59,821 nt of DNA from a virus. Taxonomy: Duplodnaviria; Caudoviricetes. The notes under the pieces were generated by a model that had not been told where the DNA came from, did not search any database, and worked only from the letters and a program-made list of their open reading frames with translations. Position 1 is the first letter of the stretch; each line of letters begins with the position of its first letter. The DNA lies in the IMG/VR virus record IMGVR_UViG_3300018080_000197, positions 1 through 59,821 of that record; one strand, written 5' to 3'. The position numbers and the translations under genes are program-made. Positions 46,504-56,801 of the stretch are shown here, piece after piece.

Positions 46504-47455
46504 GTTCTCAGACGCTATCAGCTACGGGACTTCCGGAGGTCCGGGTTTCAGCACGTCTATCATCGTAACGGACTCCGGCGCGGAAGAGCGCATCCCGCAT
46601 TGGGAGTCTGCCCGTAGACGCTATGACGTGAAGTGGGCTATAAAGTCCAGGGACGAACTGCGGGAAGTAGCGGAGTTCTACATCCGCAGATTGGGTCCGG
46701 CCTACGGGTTCCGTTACAAGGACTGGTTGGACTATGCCTCTACGGCGGAGGGAAGGGTTTCTGACGACGAGGGGATAGCCGTCACGGCCTTTGACCAGCT
46801 TCTACGCACAGGGGACGGCAGTCTGACACAGTTCCAGCTAGTCAAACGCTACCAAGACCTGTTGGTGGACCGTGTGCGCACCATAACCAAACCAGTCCAG
46901 GGAACCGTCCGCGTGGGAATAGATGGTGTGGAGCAGACCTCCGGATGGTCCGTCAACACCACCACAGGGATAATCACGTTCACAACCGCACCCGGCGGGA
47001 ATCTGGACGTGACGGCTGGGTATGAATTCGACGTCCCGGTCAGATTCGGGAAGGAAGTGGACCTGTCTTTGGGAATGTCACACGAAGCGTTTGACATAGG
47101 ACAGATACCCAACATCCCCTTGGTGGAAATCCGCGACGAGGTAGCGCAGTCCGAGGAATTCTTCTTCGGCGGCGCGGCCTACATAACCCTGTCCGCCGAC
47201 AGAACCATTTCCCTGAATGACGGGAGAGTCCTGCACGTCACACCCTCCGCCAACGGATACGCATTGCTTCTCCCCAGCAACCCCACTTCCCTTCCGGGAG
47301 GGGGACCCTACTGGTATATCCACAACGCCAGTGATTCCTACACGTTTGAAATCCGGGATCACGAGGACACCCTGATTTCCTTGGTGGGGTTGGGGAAGAC
47401 CGTGGAGATAGTGCTTGCCCGTTACACCACTTTGTTCAAATGGTTGGCCATATGA
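46484..47455 (+). CDS. distal tail protein (GTA DUF2460-like) with C-terminal extension
   Basis: FHEVRF, GGPGFST, GFRYKDWLDY, FQLVKRY, GYEFDVPVRF. Confidence 0.88.
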   Translation: MGFHEVRFSDAISYGTSGGPGFSTSIIVTDSGAEERIPHWESARRRYDVKWAIKSRDELREVAEFYIRRLGPAYGFRYKDWLDYASTAEGRVSDDEGIAVTAFDQLLRTGDGSLTQFQLVKRYQDLLVDRVRTITKPVQGTVRVGIDGVEQTSGWSVNTTTGIITFTTAPGGNLDVTAGYEFDVPVRFGKEVDLSLGMSHEAFDIGQIPNIPLVEIRDEVAQSEEFFFGGAAYITLSADRTISLNDGRVLHVTPSANGYALLLPSNPTSLPGGGPYWYIHNASDSYTFEIRDHEDTLISLVGLGKTVEIVLARYTTLFKWLAI

Positions 47456-48588
47456 TTACCCTGGAGAAACATCTAGGCGGTTCGTTCTGGAACCCTATAG
47501 GGACCAACCACAAGCTGGGTTCCCAGTCACCGCGGGTGCAATATGTGTCCGTGGCCAACCCCGGTTCCAAGATATGGCTTCCTCCCGCCACCTACATGCG
47601 TCCAGGCGGACCCAGATTCATCATCGCCAACAACCCCAGCAGCACATATCCGTTAGAGTTGGTCAACAGAACCGGAGTCACAGAGATAGCAGAGGTTCCC
47701 CCGGAATACTCGGTCACGTCCAGTCTGGTTGATCCTTCAATTCTGGACGGGTCCACTCCTGTAGGGTTATGGACACACAGACTCCGCAAGCTTGGTGGAG
47801 CAGGCTGGGGTGATCCGGACCTTGACGAACACGACGACTTCTTGTTGGCCGCGTGGCAATTCAACCAGAGTGGAAGCATGGGAGACGATACTGCTCCAGC
47901 CAACAATGATTTGTCCCTAGTGGTATCCCCCACGTCCATTACAGGAAGATATGGGGCAGGAACCAACTTGTCCGGAGGCTACTTCACACGAGACGGGAAC
48001 TTGAGCACACCCGTGGAGGTTCACCACTGGACATGGTCGCTCTGGTTCAGGTATGACACCTCACCCGCCAGCCACGGCGACAGATACTATCTGGTCTACT
48101 GGATAGGCAATCCCGCTCCAGGAACCGGGAGTGACTTCACCATCTATCTGGCCAATCACTACAGCTACATTTGGTTGGTGGCGGACTCGGCTACTATAGG
48201 ACCGGCGCTGGGGTTCAGCTTCAACGTGCATTCTCTCAATTTATTCGATGGGCAGTGGCACAACCTTATCTTCAAACACAAAATGGAATACAACTTGTTA
48301 GGAATCCCAACTTCGGCAGAGCAATGGCTCTATCTGGACGGGAACTTGTTGGGAAACACCAGTGGACTTGGCCATGATACAGAAATGTGGGAAGCGGGAG
48401 TCAACCGGGACGAAGACCTGATACTGGGAAGAAAGTATGACGGAACATCCGCGTGGCCTGGAGACATGGACGAATTCTACTTCTGGGCAGGGGCCAAGAA
48501 CGATGATGACGCGGGAGAGGCTTTGTTGTCGGATGACGCCGTAGCTGCCCTGTGGAACTCTGGAGCAGGAACCTTTTACGTGGGATGA
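47452..48588 (+). CDS. LamG/concanavalin-like tail protein
   Basis: LAAWQFN, WTWSLWF, DGQWHNL, LYLDG, GDMDEFYFW, ALWNSGAG. Confidence 0.75.
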   Translation: MITLEKHLGGSFWNPIGTNHKLGSQSPRVQYVSVANPGSKIWLPPATYMRPGGPRFIIANNPSSTYPLELVNRTGVTEIAEVPPEYSVTSSLVDPSILDGSTPVGLWTHRLRKLGGAGWGDPDLDEHDDFLLAAWQFNQSGSMGDDTAPANNDLSLVVSPTSITGRYGAGTNLSGGYFTRDGNLSTPVEVHHWTWSLWFRYDTSPASHGDRYYLVYWIGNPAPGTGSDFTIYLANHYSYIWLVADSATIGPALGFSFNVHSLNLFDGQWHNLIFKHKMEYNLLGIPTSAEQWLYLDGNLLGNTSGLGHDTEMWEAGVNRDEDLILGRKYDGTSAWPGDMDEFYFWAGAKNDDDAGEALLSDDAVAALWNSGAGTFYVG

Positions 48589-48591
48589 TCT

Positions 48592-49482
48592 ATGCCTTAC
48601 GCATTGGATAACTGGATAGCCTGGCTCACGGGAGAAAGGGTTCACCGTTGGTGCAATCTGTGGCGGATCACCAGACAGGATGCTGTGACGTTTCGTTTCA
48701 CAGACCATGACCGGCCCGTCATCTTCCCAGAGAACGGAACGGACCAGACGTATACCCCGTCCGGCGGCGTGAACGCCACGGCTTATCAGAAGACTTCCAG
48801 CCTTCGTCCGGACAACCTGGAGATAGTAGGTATCATAAATGATGCTACCATTACAGCTTCGGACCTTCGCACGGGAAAGTTCCGGGAGGCGGAGATTGAC
48901 CACTATCTGGTGGACTGGCGCTATCCGTGGGCTGGAGCAATCCAACACAACCGCTATTGGATAGTCGAAGTGACCTACAACGGAGAGGAATGGCAAGCCA
49001 AGATAGAGGGGATAGGGCGCTGGTTGAACCAGAACGTTGGAGAGGTCTACGGGAGAACGTGCAGACACACGCTTGGAGACACTGCCTGCGGAATCAACCT
49101 AGCCTCATGGACTGACACTGGGGAAGTGGGCGCGGTCTCCAACCGGAGGATTTTCACCATAGTGAATGTGGACCCCGGAGACCAAGCGGCCGGACGCACA
49201 GCGGGATACTTCCAGTATGGTCTTCTCACCTTCACCTCCGGCAACAATTCCGGACTGGCCTTCGAAGTCAAGGCGCATGTAGACCTAACCGGAACCAAAT
49301 ACATAGAGTTTTACGTGTTTGCCCCATACACTATCCAGGCTGGAGACCGCTTCACGGTCTACGCCGGATGCAACAAGATATGGGGCACGTGCAAAAACCA
49401 GTTCTTCAATCAGGTGAACTTCGGAGGATTCCCCTTCATTCCCGGCAATGACGCCATGCTACAGACCCCACTTTCCAAATGA
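48592..49482 (+). CDS. baseplate hub (DUF2163/BR0599-like)
   Basis: FRFTDHD, CRHTLGD..CG, AGCNK...C...F.NQVNFGGFPFIPG. Confidence 0.9.
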   Translation: MPYALDNWIAWLTGERVHRWCNLWRITRQDAVTFRFTDHDRPVIFPENGTDQTYTPSGGVNATAYQKTSSLRPDNLEIVGIINDATITASDLRTGKFREAEIDHYLVDWRYPWAGAIQHNRYWIVEVTYNGEEWQAKIEGIGRWLNQNVGEVYGRTCRHTLGDTACGINLASWTDTGEVGAVSNRRIFTIVNVDPGDQAAGRTAGYFQYGLLTFTSGNNSGLAFEVKAHVDLTGTKYIEFYVFAPYTIQAGDRFTVYAGCNKIWGTCKNQFFNQVNFGGFPFIPGNDAMLQTPLSK

Positions 49483-49913
49483 GCACAGCAAGAGACATAG
49501 TGAGACTGGCGCGCGGATATCTGGGAACTCCGTTCCATCACCAAGGAAGGATTCCCATTTCCGGTTTGGACTGTGTGGGGTTGGTGGTTCGTGTGGCGTC
49601 CGATATGGGAATCCCCGTGCAGGATGACACCAAGTATCCGCGTGTGGCGCGGGACAACCGGATGCTGGAGGTGATGCTACATAACGGCCTGACGCCCATC
49701 CCCGCCTTCCTCCAGCAACCGGGAGACGTGTTGGTCTTCTGGTTCAACAGCGCCAAGCGTTGGCCACAACACGCGGCCTTCAGGACTGACTATGGGATGC
49801 TGCATACCTACACTACTGTGGGTAGAGTGGTAGAACATGGGTATACTCCCCCGTGGCAAAAGCGCCTGTTGGCCGTCCTGAGATTCCCGGAGGTTGAACC
49901 GTGGCAACAGTAG
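49479..49913 (+). CDS. NlpC/P60 peptidase (tail-associated)
   Basis: ARGYLGTPFHHQGR, GLDCVGL, QHAA, MLH. Confidence 0.9.
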   Translation: MSTARDIVRLARGYLGTPFHHQGRIPISGLDCVGLVVRVASDMGIPVQDDTKYPRVARDNRMLEVMLHNGLTPIPAFLQQPGDVLVFWFNSAKRWPQHAAFRTDYGMLHTYTTVGRVVEHGYTPPWQKRLLAVLRFPEVEPWQQ

Positions 49914-52267
49914 TTCTAGGCGTGGCTGGAAGCGTAGCGCTAGGTCCCGTGGGAGGGATACTGGGAGCCACGGTTGGGAGTTACATTGACAACGCTTTCC
50001 TGTTCCCTCTGATTTTCCCGGAGGACGAGCCCGAACCTATGTATGGTTCACGAGTGGGCTCCCTGCAAGTCCAGACGGCTTCGGAGGGAACAGGCGTCAA
50101 GTATTGTCTGGGTCCGGGAATCAGAATCTCCGGGACCGTCATATGGGTTTCCACGTTGATAGAGGTGGCCAACGAGACTCCGGGGGAGAGTGTGGGTAAG
50201 GGAGGTGGAGGAACCACCAGTCCGTCTACAGTCAACTATTATTATTACGTGGACGTGGCCGTTGCTATCTGCGAGGGAGAGATAGAGGACATAGACAAAG
50301 TATGGGCAGACGGGGTATTGATCTACGACAGCGGGGAGGACCCCCGCTACTCCAGCCGTGTGGCGGATGAAATCCGCTTCTACCCTGGAAGCATGACACA
50401 GGACCCGGACGATATCATAGAGGCTTACGAGGGGGCAAGTGAGGTTCCGGCGTTCAGGGGGACAGCCTACATGCTGTTCCACAGGCTGTATCTCGGAGAC
50501 TTTGGGAACCGAATTCCCCAATTCTCGTTCCAGGTCAAGGCCGAATCCTCCAAGACCGTGCAATCCGCCCTAGTGGATATTCTGACGCGCGCGGGTCTGG
50601 ACGCTACGGATTATGACGTGACCGCAGTCACTGGCAACCTGGACGGTTACGCCGTTCCCGGTCCCCAGAAGACCTCACAGGTTCTTAGCCCACTAATGAC
50701 CGCGTTCGATTTGGTGGCCAGACAATCCAATGGTGTTCTGGTGATAGAACCGCGTGAGACCTCTGAAGTCACGGTCCTGGACCCGGATAGTCTGGCGGCG
50801 CACGAGGAAGACAGTGATCCGGCGCGTCCTGCTGAAATCAGCGAGGTCTTCGGGGGAGACCTTCCCCGTGAAGTGAACCTTCAATACATAGACAAGGACG
50901 CCGACTACCAACAGGGGAGCCAGCGAGAACGTAGAATCCAGACCCCTGCGGATACCGTGGTGAACCTGAACTTGGCCGTGGCTATGAACGGCGCTACGGC
51001 GCGTGAGATAGCGTCCAGGGAGCTTTGGCAACCGTGGGTCCAACGGCAGGTCATAAAGCTCCAGCTTCCTCCCAGCAGCGTCACAGTAGAGGCTAACGAC
51101 ATTCTGGAAGTCACCATGTTCGACGACACTACCTTCGGGATTTTCGTCAAACGTGTGGACGTGGGGATCAACAGCCTTTTGGTAGTGGAGGGAGTGGTAG
51201 AGGCTACTGGAGGACAAGGCTACTCCGGGATAGCGGATGCTCCGGACCTTCCAGCCAATGCGCTTTATGTCCCCCCGGATATCAGTTTCTACCTTTGTGA
51301 CATTCCGCCCATCATCCCCACGGATATTGTGGCTGGCAATGGTTCGGCATACCTCTACATAGCCCAATGCACCACCAACCCGGACCTGGAGTATGCTGGC
51401 GCATTCTATTATGAGTCCTTCACGTCCGGGGAACTGGAGTATCAAAACGGATATGCCCCTATAGAAACCGTCATGGGAACTGCGGATACTGTGTTGGCTT
51501 CTGGTCCGGAGGGATACTGGGATAGAGAAAACACTGTGGACGTGGTGTTGACCAACGGAACGCTGGCCAACGCGGACGAAGACGATATCTACAGAGGCGG
51601 TTACATGGCCCTTCTTGGCGATGAAATCATAGCCTTCGAGAATGCTGCTCCAACAGGGTCCCCGCGCACATACAGACTAGGCAAGTTGTTGCGTGGACTC
51701 CGTGGAACAGAATGGGCTATCAATAGTCACTCTATGGGGGAACGGTTTGTTCTGTTGACAAACATGTCCGGCGCGCTTTCCGTTGGAGTCAACAGGGGAT
51801 TCCTTCACCTTCATATCTGGTATGGCGTGTCCAGCTACTGGAAGTGCATTTCCCCCGGAGGGGACGCCACAACGGCCGCAGAAACCCAATTGGACTTCCA
51901 GGCCAACGGAGTCAAACCCTTCTCCCCAGTCCATATAACCGGAAGCAGAAACACAGCCAATGACCTGACCATTTCCTGGATACGCCGGACCAGAATGCCC
52001 GTAAAGCTCTTCAGTTCTCCAGGGATAATCCCGCTTCTGGAGAGCGAGGAATCCTACGTAGTGGAGATACTGGCCAACCCCGGAGACGCCACACCGCTTC
52101 GGACGATTGTGGTTGACTCCGCCACGTCCGTGGTGTATCCCGCTACTGGGGATGGTTCGCAGACTGAAGACGGCTTGACCCCCGGAGACCTTGTGAACGT
52201 CAGGATAGCGCAAGTCTCCACGTCCGGCGGACCAACCAGAGGATTCGCCAGAGAGGGAACCATCTAA
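49901..52267 (+). CDS. central tail / host-specificity protein (GTA megatron-like)
   Basis: AVAICEG, VWADG, PAFRGTAY, DFGNRIPQ, LLRGLRGTE, ISWIRRTR. Confidence 0.88.
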   Translation: MATVVLGVAGSVALGPVGGILGATVGSYIDNAFLFPLIFPEDEPEPMYGSRVGSLQVQTASEGTGVKYCLGPGIRISGTVIWVSTLIEVANETPGESVGKGGGGTTSPSTVNYYYYVDVAVAICEGEIEDIDKVWADGVLIYDSGEDPRYSSRVADEIRFYPGSMTQDPDDIIEAYEGASEVPAFRGTAYMLFHRLYLGDFGNRIPQFSFQVKAESSKTVQSALVDILTRAGLDATDYDVTAVTGNLDGYAVPGPQKTSQVLSPLMTAFDLVARQSNGVLVIEPRETSEVTVLDPDSLAAHEEDSDPARPAEISEVFGGDLPREVNLQYIDKDADYQQGSQRERRIQTPADTVVNLNLAVAMNGATAREIASRELWQPWVQRQVIKLQLPPSSVTVEANDILEVTMFDDTTFGIFVKRVDVGINSLLVVEGVVEATGGQGYSGIADAPDLPANALYVPPDISFYLCDIPPIIPTDIVAGNGSAYLYIAQCTTNPDLEYAGAFYYESFTSGELEYQNGYAPIETVMGTADTVLASGPEGYWDRENTVDVVLTNGTLANADEDDIYRGGYMALLGDEIIAFENAAPTGSPRTYRLGKLLRGLRGTEWAINSHSMGERFVLLTNMSGALSVGVNRGFLHLHIWYGVSSYWKCISPGGDATTAAETQLDFQANGVKPFSPVHITGSRNTANDLTISWIRRTRMPVKLFSSPGIIPLLESEESYVVEILANPGDATPLRTIVVDSATSVVYPATGDGSQTEDGLTPGDLVNVRIAQVSTSGGPTRGFAREGTI

Positions 52268-53559
52268 TGAGCAATACTCCAAAAACCAACCTCCCGCGTC
52301 TGGCCACAGGACAGGCCAACGCGGAGGTGATCCACAATGAAGCCTTGAACAGGTTGGACACCTTTACCCAGCTTTCGGTCAAGGACCGCGATCTGTCCAC
52401 ACCTCCCGGAAGTCCTGCCGAAGGTGACACGTATCTGGTCGCCACCAGTCCTACAGGAGACTGGACCGGCCACGCCGGTGATGTGGCTATGTATTACAGC
52501 GGTTGGTTGTTCGCCACTCCCCGCGAAGGCTGGGTAGCATGGGTTGACGACGAGGACGTGTTGATCTACTTCAGCGGGTCCGCATGGTTCACCCTTCCAG
52601 CTTCCCCTACGGGAGGAACCTATGTCACTACGTTGGTCAACAGGTATATCTCCCCCACAGGGTCTGACGTAACCGGGGACGGGTCAAGCGGGAACCCGTG
52701 GCAAACGCTGGAACATGCCCTATCTGAAACATCGTCATATTGGATCACTGATACGGGAACTCTCCGAATCAACGTGGCCGCAGGAGCTTACTCGTATACG
52801 GCCATGACACAAGTCACAGCCTTGGCCAGCACACACGGAAATGGAAAGATAGAAATACTTGGTGATACACAGAATCCGGAGAACCACAGATTCACTGCTC
52901 TGGTCAACAGCGACGAACTTACAATCTCGGATTTCGCCGTGACCGGCGGATCAACCGTGATTACCTTCTCCGGATCACCGGACCTATCTACTGTCATAGA
53001 CGGAACCAGCATCATCTTCATACAGGGATACACCACGGACCCGGACAACAATGGGTTCTTCACGGTAACTGCCCACAATGACACGGCCAAAACGGTTACG
53101 ATTACCACTCCCTCCGGCGCTTCGGATTCTACTGAGACCGCATACGCCGGGATCACGAAGAACGTGGACGCGCTTGTGGAGGTGTTCAGTCCACACAGGG
53201 AGTATCTGGAGTTCAGGGGAGTGACCTTTGAGGGTGCGCAGGCGGATGATGAAACTGGAGGCGGAATCCGTTGCAAGGCGTCTACTCTGTGCATGGACAG
53301 TTGCTTGGTGCGCTACAACATCCGCGGTGTGGCTGTCCTCTGTCAAGGCATAGTGCGCGTCATTGACAGCGATGTGGAAAACAACAAGATAGGACTTTAT
53401 GCTTACGCATTGGGTCTTCTGGAGGCGTCGGATTCCGGAAATGCTGGAACCAATTACGACTACGGCGCTGTGGCCGACGCCAACGGCGTGGCTAACAGGG
53501 GCGCCATAACGGGTGATACCCCTGGACTCGAAACCAACGGAGGCATTGTGTTGCCATGA
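52267..53559 (+). CDS. DUF2793-type tail fibre with beta-helix-like C-terminus
   Basis: QANAEVIHNEAL.RLD, PPGSPAEGD.Y, PREGW.AWV; YISPTGSD.TGDGS..NPW.TL. Confidence 0.85.
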   Translation: MSNTPKTNLPRLATGQANAEVIHNEALNRLDTFTQLSVKDRDLSTPPGSPAEGDTYLVATSPTGDWTGHAGDVAMYYSGWLFATPREGWVAWVDDEDVLIYFSGSAWFTLPASPTGGTYVTTLVNRYISPTGSDVTGDGSSGNPWQTLEHALSETSSYWITDTGTLRINVAAGAYSYTAMTQVTALASTHGNGKIEILGDTQNPENHRFTALVNSDELTISDFAVTGGSTVITFSGSPDLSTVIDGTSIIFIQGYTTDPDNNGFFTVTAHNDTAKTVTITTPSGASDSTETAYAGITKNVDALVEVFSPHREYLEFRGVTFEGAQADDETGGGIRCKASTLCMDSCLVRYNIRGVAVLCQGIVRVIDSDVENNKIGLYAYALGLLEASDSGNAGTNYDYGAVADANGVANRGAITGDTPGLETNGGIVLP

Positions 53560-53813
53560 GCGAAGCATTGCTGGTCAACGGAAAACTACGGGCTGTTTCT
53601 ACAGGTTTTGCCGTATGTCCCTGCGGGACCCGCGTCACGGCCGACGAGGGATTCAGAGTCACGGGTTTGGTGGAGGGACAATTCTCTGTGGAGACGGCTT
53701 CCCTCATTCCCAACCCCGGCGTTCTTCTAGCTGCCCCAAGTGAATTCTACTTCGACAGCGGAGACAGCCAAGTCAAGCGCTATGACGGGGAGTCCTACAC
53801 GCCTTACCCCTAG
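53556..53813 (+). CDS. hypothetical tail-region protein
   Basis: ATGA overlap; 85 aa. Confidence 0.55.
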   Translation: MSEALLVNGKLRAVSTGFAVCPCGTRVTADEGFRVTGLVEGQFSVETASLIPNPGVLLAAPSEFYFDSGDSQVKRYDGESYTPYP

Positions 53814-53826
53814 CAGGGAGGAAGTC

Positions 53827-54885
53827 ATGTCCAAATTCGTTCCCAGAAACGTCATCCCTCTTCCCAGCGGCGCGTATGTCCGTGGGGCAGACGCCACCAC
53901 GGGAAGGTTGATTCGCACCACGTCCGGGAATGAAATCACGGACCTCCGGTTGGTGTTGGATAGGGCGCCATGCCGTTACAAAACCGGGGACGCATTGGCT
54001 ATCAATGACTGGTTGACGCCGGAGGACCCCGGTCTGTTCGATAGCTGGTTGCTCAAACAATGGGATTCCCAACTCCGTTGTGTCTGGAGACTGGACGAGA
54101 CCGGGACCCCCACAGAAATGGCGGACGCCACTGGGGGAGGTTCCTCCCTGGAAGTGGTCAACGGCGGGTCCATGACGTTTGGCAACGCGGGTATCCACGG
54201 CAACGCTGTAAACACCAACGCCGCTGGATACTTCAAGATAAGGGCAGACGCTATCAATGGTATGCTTCAGGCTCCCCCGGACAATGACCCTGACAAGGGG
54301 ATAGGGGAATTCACCATCAGCCTTTGGATACGACGGGCCACAATTCCAGCGTATAACACTGAATACACCCTCTTCCACATAGACGACTCCGCTAGGGACA
54401 TTCGTGGGTATTACTATTGTAATGCCACTCCGGGAGCGTCTTATCTGCGGATGGTAGCTGGCCTAGGCTACACCTTCTACTATGTAGAACCATCCGTTCT
54501 GTTCGACGGGAACTGGCACAACGTGGTCTTCTCTCGTGAGTTCACCTACCCGGCTACCCCCACGGCAGACCCTGACAAGGGGATAGGCAGAGTTTTCCTG
54601 GACGGGGTGATGGGCGTAGCGGATGACTATTTCATTTATGAACACGCTTGTTTCCGAACACAAGCGGACCTGACCCGTTACCTCTACATAGGGGCAGATT
54701 CGCTAGGAGCAACTCTGTGGGATGGTGAACTAGACGAAGTGACGTTCTGGTTCTCACAGGGAGAGAGAACACAAGCCACACAGGTGGACGCCTCCCTATC
54801 CTACAGGGGCACAGTCTCACTCTACAACCCTCCGGTCCCCACGTTTCCATTCACTAACGGAACCGGGAGGTTCTACAACCCCTAG
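53827..54885 (+). CDS. second LamG/concanavalin-like protein
   Basis: VWRLDE, FTISLWI, DGNWHNV, VFLDG, YIG, GELDEV. Confidence 0.78.
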   Translation: MSKFVPRNVIPLPSGAYVRGADATTGRLIRTTSGNEITDLRLVLDRAPCRYKTGDALAINDWLTPEDPGLFDSWLLKQWDSQLRCVWRLDETGTPTEMADATGGGSSLEVVNGGSMTFGNAGIHGNAVNTNAAGYFKIRADAINGMLQAPPDNDPDKGIGEFTISLWIRRATIPAYNTEYTLFHIDDSARDIRGYYYCNATPGASYLRMVAGLGYTFYYVEPSVLFDGNWHNVVFSREFTYPATPTADPDKGIGRVFLDGVMGVADDYFIYEHACFRTQADLTRYLYIGADSLGATLWDGELDEVTFWFSQGERTQATQVDASLSYRGTVSLYNPPVPTFPFTNGTGRFYNP

Positions 54886-54893
54886 GAGATTCC

Positions 54894-56384
54894 ATGCGCA
54901 AGGGTTTGATCCAACTACAGGATGGTTCCTTCACCAACGTGGAGGAACTGGCCGCTATTCAATCTCCAGCGGCCGACGACAAACCGGACCGGCTACGGAT
55001 ACGGCCGGTTGGACTGCCGGGAAGTTTTGAACTCTCCGGCGCGGACAAGACCACAATTGAGGATTGGATTTCTACCATGAATCCCACAGATTTCGTTGAA
55101 CTCCAGGACGGAACCCGGTTGAATCTGGGTAGGGCCGCCGCCATTCGCCCCATTTCAATGGCCACAGGATATGAGGAAATCACGGTCAGGATGCTGGGGG
55201 AAGCTGGCGCATTGACCTACAGCGGCGCGGACGCTGTGACCATCTATGATTGGTTGTCCGCAGGACAGGTCCTCTTCACCAACACAGTGGTTGTGGCCAA
55301 GTCCAACAATGCCTACACCACCATTCAAAGCGCGATTGATTCTATAGCGGACGCCGCCGCAGACAACCGCTACACGGTTCTGGTCATGCCTGGAGTCTAC
55401 GAAGAAACGGTCACGGGGAAAGACTATGTGGACGTGATCGGAGTCACAGTGGAGGGACAGGGCGTAGTCCTGACCAATGAAGTGGGTCCGCTCTATGCTT
55501 TCCCCAGCAGTGGAGGCAGTCTCAAAGATATCTATCTCCAGCTTCTCCCGGTCAGTGACACTGTGACTTATTGGGCCGTGGAGGCTTCAGGTGGAGACGT
55601 GACTATCAAGGACTGCCGGTTCTTGGTGGCTTCCGCTGTAGACGGTTGCGTAGCCGGACTGGTCAAGGCCACCAGTTGTTCCTACTTCCGTATGGAGCAC
55701 TGCTGGGGTGAATACACCATGACGGGGAACGGCGCGCCGGGAGAGATACACATAGCCGTCAATCTGGTCAGTCAGACATATGCCCGTCTGGAGAACAACC
55801 GTGTGGACATGCGTGTGTCCGACCAAGCGGACAGCATCATAGGAATCTGGGATTCGGCCACCTACAACACGGAACTGTTCCGGAACACCTTCGCCATTCT
55901 CCCGGACCACACCAGCTTCAACGGGAACTGTGTCTGTTACTACTATGACGGCGAAGCCGGGGACAGCATAGCGTCCGTTTGGAACGCATGGTCAATCACG
56001 GCCGGACAGGCCGGAGAGGCAGGAACGTATCACTGTTTCTATATCAACCAGCAAGCTACCCTTCTGTCCGTCCAGGACACTTACCAGATAGCGCTAGGCG
56101 GGTCCGGAACGCCCTACTGGGTCTTTCTGAACAACGCTTCCGCTTCCGCCAGTATCATTCTGGTCTCGGCCATAGGGTCCGGGACCTACGGCGGGACGGG
56201 GACATACTTCTACTCCACCTCCAGCCCAGCCGGTGACTTTCTGGCCAACGGCGTCCATTCCATAGGTGCGTTCAAGACGGGTCCCGTTGCCAGTCCGTCC
56301 AGTGGTTGGACCGGAACGGTGACGTTCGCCAGCGACACGGACATAACCGTGGTCAACGGAATCATCACGGCCAAGAACCCATAG
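54894..56384 (+). CDS. pectin-lyase-like beta-helix tailspike with duplicated N-terminal domain
   Basis: YTTIQSAID, VMPGVYEE; two copies of [QE]LQDG...SGAD..TI.DW. Confidence 0.75.
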   Translation: MRKGLIQLQDGSFTNVEELAAIQSPAADDKPDRLRIRPVGLPGSFELSGADKTTIEDWISTMNPTDFVELQDGTRLNLGRAAAIRPISMATGYEEITVRMLGEAGALTYSGADAVTIYDWLSAGQVLFTNTVVVAKSNNAYTTIQSAIDSIADAAADNRYTVLVMPGVYEETVTGKDYVDVIGVTVEGQGVVLTNEVGPLYAFPSSGGSLKDIYLQLLPVSDTVTYWAVEASGGDVTIKDCRFLVASAVDGCVAGLVKATSCSYFRMEHCWGEYTMTGNGAPGEIHIAVNLVSQTYARLENNRVDMRVSDQADSIIGIWDSATYNTELFRNTFAILPDHTSFNGNCVCYYYDGEAGDSIASVWNAWSITAGQAGEAGTYHCFYINQQATLLSVQDTYQIALGGSGTPYWVFLNNASASASIILVSAIGSGTYGGTGTYFYSTSSPAGDFLANGVHSIGAFKTGPVASPSSGWTGTVTFASDTDITVVNGIITAKNP

Positions 56385-56419
56385 TGTGAGCGAACCGGCG
56401 GAATGTCGGTCCTCCCTAC

Positions 56420-56453
56420 AACAGCCGGGTTGGCTCAGGTTGACCCGGCTGTT
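56420..56453 (+). terminator. stem-loop ending the late operon
   Basis: AACAGCCGGGT / ACCCGGCTGTT; weak U-tract. Confidence 0.55.
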
Positions 56454-56709
56454 CCTCTACCTGGACTCCACGCTACACAGAGTCTCGGGACTCCCGGAAT
56501 ACCCGCAGGGACCGCTAAGGCGCTCACGCGGCGTCTCCTGAGCCGTGATTAGCTATTTGGAGAGGGGTTCCTGTGCGTCCAGGGGAGTCCCCGGACGGAC
56601 CTACTCGAAACTCGGTCTAGACCGATTCCGCATGTCTTTTTCTTTGAAAAGTAGCATGTTACAAGTCAAAGTCTTCCAACAGACTGTGACAATTCCACTG
56701 GAATTCGCT

Positions 56710-56747
56710 AAAAATCCTCTTGACTTCCACTATAGTATAGGTAGACT
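56710..56747 (+). promoter_or_regulatory. putative sigma70-type promoter
   Basis: AAAAAT, then TTGACT (56720-56725), 16 bp, TAGACT (56742-56747). Confidence 0.55.
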
Positions 56748-56801
56748 CTCAGTATGGGAATTGCCCATTTACCATGTTCTTGTTCAACGGAGGTCAACGG
56801 A

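Noticed and set aside
46484-53559. Gene transfer agent
   Set aside because: GTA-type tail genes are present, but with a full replication module, long TMP and circular phage-size genome
47452-56384. Diversity-generating retroelement acting on receptor-binding genes
   Set aside because: No reverse transcriptase and no TR/VR pair seen
56385-56700. tRNA genes in intergenic gaps
   Set aside because: No cloverleaf or T-loop GTTC(G/A)A in suitable context seen
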